The position numbers were made by a program, and so were the translations under genes. Below are positions 57,701 to 64,000 of a stretch of 64,000 bases of DNA, piece after piece. A model generated the notes under the pieces. It did no database searches and had not been told where the DNA came from. It saw only the letters and a list, made by a program, of their open reading frames with translations. The first letter of the stretch is position 1; each line of letters starts with the position of its first letter. The stretch is from Cyanophora paradoxa CCMP329. Its lineage: Eukaryota; Plantae; Glaucophyta. The stretch lies in assembly GCA_004431415.1 (NCBI GenBank), contig QPMI01000418.1, positions 57,708-121,707 on the forward strand, in the 5' to 3' direction.

Positions 57701-60700
57701 GTAGTATCAGAGGCGTCGACATATTCGGCTAGGTCCGCCTGGCAGCGGAGGAAGTTGTAGTCGGCCGGGCTATCTGCTAGAATATATGTGCGAAGATGCC
57801 GGCGAGGCGGAAAGAGGGACGAGAATAGCGACGGGGGGAGGGGCGGGGAGGAGTCGTCCGAAAAAAGGAGTCGAGCGTCGGGGATGTCCATTCCACCAAT
57901 ATAATGATAAGGGGCCGAGGCAGGGAACGTCTGCGGGGCAGTAGGTGGGGGGGCAGCTGGTCCGCTGAGGGGGACGCGGGGTCGGCGGGGGGAGGAGGGG
58001 ACCGGGCGTCGGGTTGCCTGTGGGGTTGTAGCCGTTGCGGTTGGCCGCGGAATGGTCTTTGGTTGGTGAGAGGGGACCCATTGGAGCGTGATTTGAAAGT
58101 TTGGGTCTTGAGCGATACGAATGGCGTATTGCGTGCGAGCGTTGAGGAGAAGGGCCCCGTCTTCTCGGCGGAGCAGGGTGCGGAAGTTGATAGGGTGGGA
58201 GAAAGAGGAGGGGTCTCGGAAGGCGAAGGCTGTCAGGGCCCGGATAGTGTTTTGGCTGTCCGTGATAATTTTCCCACCCGTGGGCCCGAAGTACGTGAAT
58301 GCTGCGGAGATCGCGCCTGCTAGCTCTCCAGGTTCACGTTGTGTTGGACACCGGGGAGGCGGTGGGCGAACTCGATGTGGTTAGGTAAGTCGGGATTATT
58401 TTCGAGGGGTGCAAGGCCGGCGTAGGTGGTTCGGACTGATGCGGAGCCCTGTTTTTGTGTGCTGGCGTCCGTGTATATGACCCGGGGAGTAGGGTCGGGG
58501 GGAGGAGGTGGGGAGTTTAGGGCACGGAGCGTGGGGCAGAGCTCAGCGAAGAGGGCTCGGGAGGTGGCGAAGAGGAAGTCGAGCCCGGCCGAGGAATCAT
58601 AGAATTCGCGGTCGGCTTGTGAGGGAGGGGTCCTCGGGCGTGGGCGTCGCTCGAGGGCGACATTGGTGGCCTGGGCTTCCGCGCGGAAGGAGTCCCACCA
58701 GTCAGTTTCCCGAAGCCAGAGGTCGATGAAACCAATATGTGTGATTTCGCGGGGGAGGTTGGGAGGGGGGAGTTCGGGGTCATATTGGGCGGAGGGGGTT
58801 TCTGAGGAGGGGTCGAGGCGGGCTTTTTTAGCTGCTCTTGTGGGTTGAGCGCGGGTGGGCTGTTGTCCTCTGAAGCGGGAGCATGGGAAGGCGGGGGCGG
58901 AGTCGGGCAGCTGCCGGGAGCGGGTGGGAGCCGGCCTATTTAGGTTGGAGAGGCTCGGAGACCAGCCCTTCGATTCGCACGAGGAGCCCGCTGGAATTCG
59001 GCGAACGTGGGATGCGTACTCGACCCAGCGGCAGGCCGTTGTGGAGAGGCCCAGCTCGCGATGGAGCTGTTCGGAGCCGCAAAATTTTGGGTGGGGGCAG
59101 AATTGGAATTCGAGTCTGCGTTCACGCCAGGCAGGGTCGAGTTCAAGAGCCGATAGGCCGGGGTCGCGTGTGGAAAGTCCATCGTATGGGGTGAGGCAGT
59201 AATGGACGAGTTCCACCCCATAATTATACTCTGAGTCTCGGGGGCAGTTAGGGTCCGCGTCGGGGTCCTCGGGAGCCAGTTCGTCCGGGTTGTCGTCCGG
59301 GAGAGGGGGTTTCCCGACGACGCGACCAACTAGGCCTTGGGACGTCCAGACAAAGTCACCGATTTTGAGTCCCGCAAGGACGGCGTCGGCTTGGAGAGAG
59401 CGACGGATGTCTGGGATAGAGGGCGGCGGGGGCATGGGGTATCGGGGGAGGAAGGGGGACTGGATGGAAGGGCGGGGAAGAGAGAGTTCTTCGCGGACCG
59501 CGTCCCACCAGGAGGGGCATGTTTGTAGTATGCCGGGACACGACCATGACTCCAGAGGAGGGACCAATCAGCTAGTGAGCCTCGGAGGACGTAATGTCAC
59601 GGATGGTGAGGAGGCCGCAGCGATAGAGGCGCTGGCCGGCTTGTTGGAGGGTGAGGGGCGTCAATTGTGATGATATAATGTATTCTCGTCGAAGGTGGGA
59701 CCGTCGGGAGGGGAGGCCGTGCGTCCAGGAATCGCATGTTGTGAGGATGTGGTGGGAGGTGGAAGTCAAGTCTGCCGTGATGGCGAGCGTAATATTTTTC
59801 TGTAGTGTAAGGGGCCCCGAAGGAAGGTTCGGGTATTCATGTGGGAGGAGGGTGAGCCCGTACCGGGCCTGGGTGTCGAGGACGCGTTGTCGGTATATTT
59901 GGCCGTAGAGTGATGATGTGTGGGAGGCGAGTTCCTGGCGGAGGCGCTCGTCGACGCACTGCTGTTGGCGTTGGATGACTGCTATTGAGGGAAGGCGATA
60001 GATGGAGGAGAATGCAGCCGTGGAGACGGACTGGGCCAGGTTGGCAGTGTGTTTGGCCGCGGTGAGCCAAACAGCGTCGAGGGACTGGCATTGGGATGGC
60101 GTTAGGGTCATGATGCGGAGGGGGTATGACAGTTTAGGGAAGAGGACCCGGTGTAATATCACTTGGAATTCGTGAACGGTAATCTTTTTCGTGGCTAGGA
60201 TCGAGATTGCAGATTGGAGCTGGGATTTGAGTAGGCGGACTTGGTGGGTCCAAGACAGGTTCGCAGTAAACTGGACGCCGAGGACGCGGAAGGGCGTTGT
60301 GGGGGAGAGGATGTGGCCAACCTCAGCTCTGGAATCGCCAACTCCGACATAGTATTTGCTCTTGACCGGCTCTTCGGATCGGGGGGGTTTCCAGTGAAAG
60401 ATTTCCGTCTTTTTGGCGTTCAAGTTCATGCCATGGATATGTAGAAATTCGGACAGCCAGTCAAGCATATGTTGGAGGCCCTGAGCCGAGCTGGCAAGCA
60501 TGGTGGTATCGTCGGCGTATGCAAGCACAGAGACTTTGGGGCAGGGACCGGCGGGGAAGTAGAGGGGTTCGCCAGGGCATGGTGGGCGGGGGGAACGGGG
60601 GCGGGTCGGATCAGATCGGTGCGGCCCAAGCTGGTAGCCGAAATTGGACTGAGTCGCTCGTTCTTCAATGGCGTGAGAGCGGCGTCGAAGAAAATGCGCC

Positions 60701-63700
60701 AGTGGAGGGGGGCTTCGATGCCACCTTGGGGAGGCCACAGGGGACTTGAAATATTCAGTGCGGCCGTGGGGGTAAGGATGCACGCCGTGCGGTGTTGAGC
60801 TGCTTTTTTGTGGAGGGCTATATTCGTTTCCCTTCAGGATGGAGGTGGAGTTGGATACGGTTAAGGCTGAGCTCTTGGCTATGCCAGGAGACACTGTCGT
60901 AGCGCTGGCGATATCCCCAGGCCGCCAAAGATTGGCTTTTTGAACTGGTGCGCGTCCTCGAGGGAGGATCGGAGGGCGTAGAGGACAGGGTCGGTAGATT
61001 CGCGGCGACAGAAACCATAATTACGGCCGCGTAAAATGTTATGTGTATCAATGCGTCTTCCATGCGGTGGGTCAGGAGGCCCGTGACCAGCTTCCAGGTG
61101 ACTTCTTGAAGGGTGAGGGCGGAGATCGGCGAGATCTGCTGAATTATCTCGTTTCGGGATAGCGTAGACTTGGCCGCGAAGTGCGTGGTCGGGCACGTGG
61201 CCGAGAAGAGTGGATTGAACTAGAGCTCGATGGCGTCGCGCGAGGTGGTCCAGTGGGCCGCGGACTCGAAGCTGTTTATCTCGTCTGTAGAGTGTGAGGC
61301 GGTTAGGGTCTGGCGTTCCGTCTTGGAGAGGCGGAGGGGGGACCAGAGCATTTTAAGCATTCCGTTCGTGAGGCCGGAGGGGCCGCCAGCGCCATTGGAC
61401 AGGGACGAGATGAGGCGATCGAGTTCGGGGTCCTCTGCATGGCCATTAGCCGTCCCAGACGGCGGGGCGAAGTGGGAAAGGGGTCGGTACTGGCGTTTCC
61501 AAAATCTGCCCAACCAGGCGCCGTTTTCAATGACCTCGAATTTCGTAGCTATGGCATCCAGGTTTGGGGCGCCTTGCGGAGTCGCCAGAAATTTTTGAAG
61601 TATCCAGATGTGCGCGTTTAATTTCAGTGGGATCAGTGAGCACTTCGGGGAGTCCCGCTGCCGTGCGGGTAAGATACAGGCGAGGGCGGATCGGAAGCGG
61701 GAGAGAAGGAGTTGAATAGCCCGACCCATGCTTCGACAGTGGGACAGGAGGTGGCGGCGGGTGTCAATATTGCGAGCGATGTCGGCTTCAGTGTATGCGC
61801 GGCGATGGTTGTCCAGGGCGGCCCGCGCCTGTAAATGCCACATGCTGAGTTGAGCATGGTACTCGGCGATTTCAGATCCTGTAATGATACCCTTCTCGAA
61901 CTCAGGGTAATTAGGAGGGTCGGGGAAAGCGAGGAGGGAGGGGCAAAATGCCAGCGTGGTGTCCGAGCCCGCGGATTTTCGGATGTCTGTCACGTCTTTG
62001 GGAAGGTCCCGGAAAACAGCCCGAATAGTTTCGTCAGGCGGGTGGTCTGTGGAACCTTGGCGGGACCAGTCGTTTAGGGCCTGTCCGACGCGGCCAACAA
62101 GTTGTTCGTCGTCAGCGTCCAGCGCAGACAAGTGGTTGAATTTAGCCATATCGCCCTGGGCGGCTACTCGGTGTTGGAGGACTTTTGCAGTAGAGAATTC
62201 TTTAGCGTGAGCGACGGACTTGATACTCTGGGCGATTGCGCAGAGGAGGGAGCGGTGGGATTTCGTGGCGCGGCGGGCGTAGTCGGGGCTGTTTTCGGGA
62301 GTGAGAAGGAGCTGGATATACCGCTGACCGTGTTTATTGAGAAAGGCTTCGACAGCGAGCTTGAAAGCAAGCCGGATTGGTGCAGGCTGGGCGGCATAGT
62401 TGAAGAGAGGGGGGAGAGGCTGGGGTCGGGGCTGGCGGGGGGCGGTCGGGGGGGCAGAGAGCACTCCTTCGGTTGTGAAAGTCGCCAGTACTGGGAAGTG
62501 ATCGGCTGAGAGCAGGGGGGAGGGTCGTCCAGGGACAGCCAGTGTACGAGTGCCCAGCGATCGGGCCGCTAGGGTGGGGGAGGCGAGGGCATAGTCGAGG
62601 CGGGCGGCGTTCAGGAGAGGGCGGTGGCCTTGCTCGTCGATGAAGTCTGCGTGGTGTGAGATGTGCGTGAAATCGCCGGGGGTACCGGTGTCGATGAGGC
62701 CCCAGGTCGCTCGGAGGAGGGTCCAGATTTCCGCGTAGGAGTTCGGGGGTGTAGTTTCGGTGCGCCGGTTGCCCCCGGTGATCCGGTCGTTGCACGGAGA
62801 GTGTGTGCTATTCATATCGCCGAGTACCAGGAGATGTGTCTGCCAGTCAGGCTCGTGGAGGTCAGGTGCGACCTTCGCGGTCAGGTATTCGGTGAGGTCG
62901 TGGAGCTCTTTTTGCAAATTGTCGTGCCCGCAGTCCGGTACATAGAGTGAGAGGACAATGAGGCGCTCGCGCGTGCGCGGGAAGTCAAACCGAGCGCCGG
63001 CTACTCGGCCGTCAAACGCGTAATCCGCCTGGCGGTGCGCTGCATAGCTTGCTGAGATCCACAGCGCGGAGCCGGCGGTGCCAGGACGGGCCGCGGAGGG
63101 AGGGGAGTAGACAAGGTAGCTAGATTTATGGCGGCGGACTGCCGTCTTAATCAGGTGATCGCGGATATTGGGCGGAAAGGGCTTCGAGGGGGGCGGTCAA
63201 CGGGGACCATGTCGACCTCTTGAAGAGCAACGAAGTGACAGTCCCAATCACGGCGGCCATAGTCGATTGCGCTGATAAATTTAGTTGCAATATTGTTGCC
63301 GCTCGTCTTCCCCTCCAAGCGGCGAATATTCCACGTGAGGGCGCGGAGGTTCAGCTTCGCATTAGCCGCGTCCGGGGGATGTGCTAGGACGGGGATCTGG
63401 AGCACATCACGATGGCGGCGAGCGTCAATACGGTCAGCGGTGTAGAGGGAGGGAGGGTATAGCGTTAGAAGGGACGAGGCCGCCGTGACTAGTGTCGGGG
63501 AGGAGAGGGCAGCGGCGGCGGTAGCGACTGCAGCGGCCGTAGCTGTGCTGGGCTCAATGTCCGCAAGAGCGACGGGGACAAGGGCGACGAGGAGAGCACA
63601 AAGGAGGAGGCGCGCGGGAAGAGGGGCCGGGCGGCTGAAGGTCCGTTGGACTTGTGGGGCGCGGCGCGCAGGCCGCCCAGGAGTTCGAGACCGGCGTCAT

Positions 63701-64000
63701 GCGGCGCAGCGTCCGTGGCGCCGGCGTCAGCGGGGCCAGCGCTGGCGTGCACGTAGGCACTGGCGCGGATGCTAACTGCGAGGTACGCGGCCGTGCGCGT
63801 GGCTGGTACGCGTCCGGATCCGTACACGGGGCTCGTACGACAGCTCTCGGCGTCATGCAGCGCGGCGTCCGCGGCCGAGCTCGAGGCGCCGGCGTTGGCG
63901 GGCTAGCACTAGCGTGGGCGCCGGAGCTAGCTGCGAAACCTGCAGTGGTAGTATCGGTGCTATAGCTAGGCGCCGGCACGCGACCGTACGCAGGGTTGGT
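51743..64000 (-). mobile_element. Family A copy A3 (diverged subfamily), runs off the window; APE ~62480-63350, RT ~60240-61180, RNase H ~58067-58490, Ulp1-like ~55000-55710
   Basis: T7-GCAAAAGTGG at 51743; colinear reverse-strand homology to A0 ~37250-50757; YADD at 60508-60519; multiple frameshifts. Confidence 0.95.

Noticed and set aside
1-64000. Naming the host organism
   Set aside because: Short GC-rich introns with a GC donor suggest a GC-rich alga or protist, but the sequence alone does not identify it

Overview
Eukaryotic, very GC-rich window made almost entirely of nested transposable elements; no intact host gene, rRNA, tRNA or CRISPR array is visible. Main result: one giant non-LTR (LINE-like) retrotransposon (family A, copy A0, + strand, <1-50767, ending in poly(A)) is broken by four later insertions. 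These are an 8.0-kb non-autonomous TIR element (2719-10720), a 5'-truncated family-A copy in reverse orientation (A1, 15391-22323, 18-bp TSD), a different LINE family (B, 26162-34443, 15-bp TSD) and a 1.16-kb poly(A) retroposon (C, 48395-49557, 19-bp TSD). Removing the first three joins the listed ORFs 74.., 10623.., 22365.. and 34373.. in frame into one stop-free ORF of about 7,370 codons; with C removed and the frameshifted tail added it is about 8,670 codons. The reconstructed element is at least 26.3 kb. The polyprotein carries duplicated CCHC-knuckle modules, Pro-rich 40-42-aa repeat arrays, APE endonuclease, RT, an RNase H apparently split by a ~1,190-aa insert holding two Ulp1-like (C48) protease domains, zinc fingers and a PIP-box-like motif. 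A third, more diverged family-A copy (A3, 51743->64000, - strand) lies tail-to-tail with A0 and interrupts a small spliced gene. The TIR element carries 1.4-kb inverted arms, a 347-bp satellite and an intron-containing gene fragment. Domain calls come from motif recognition by eye only; many frameshifts fall in homopolymer runs and may be assembly errors.
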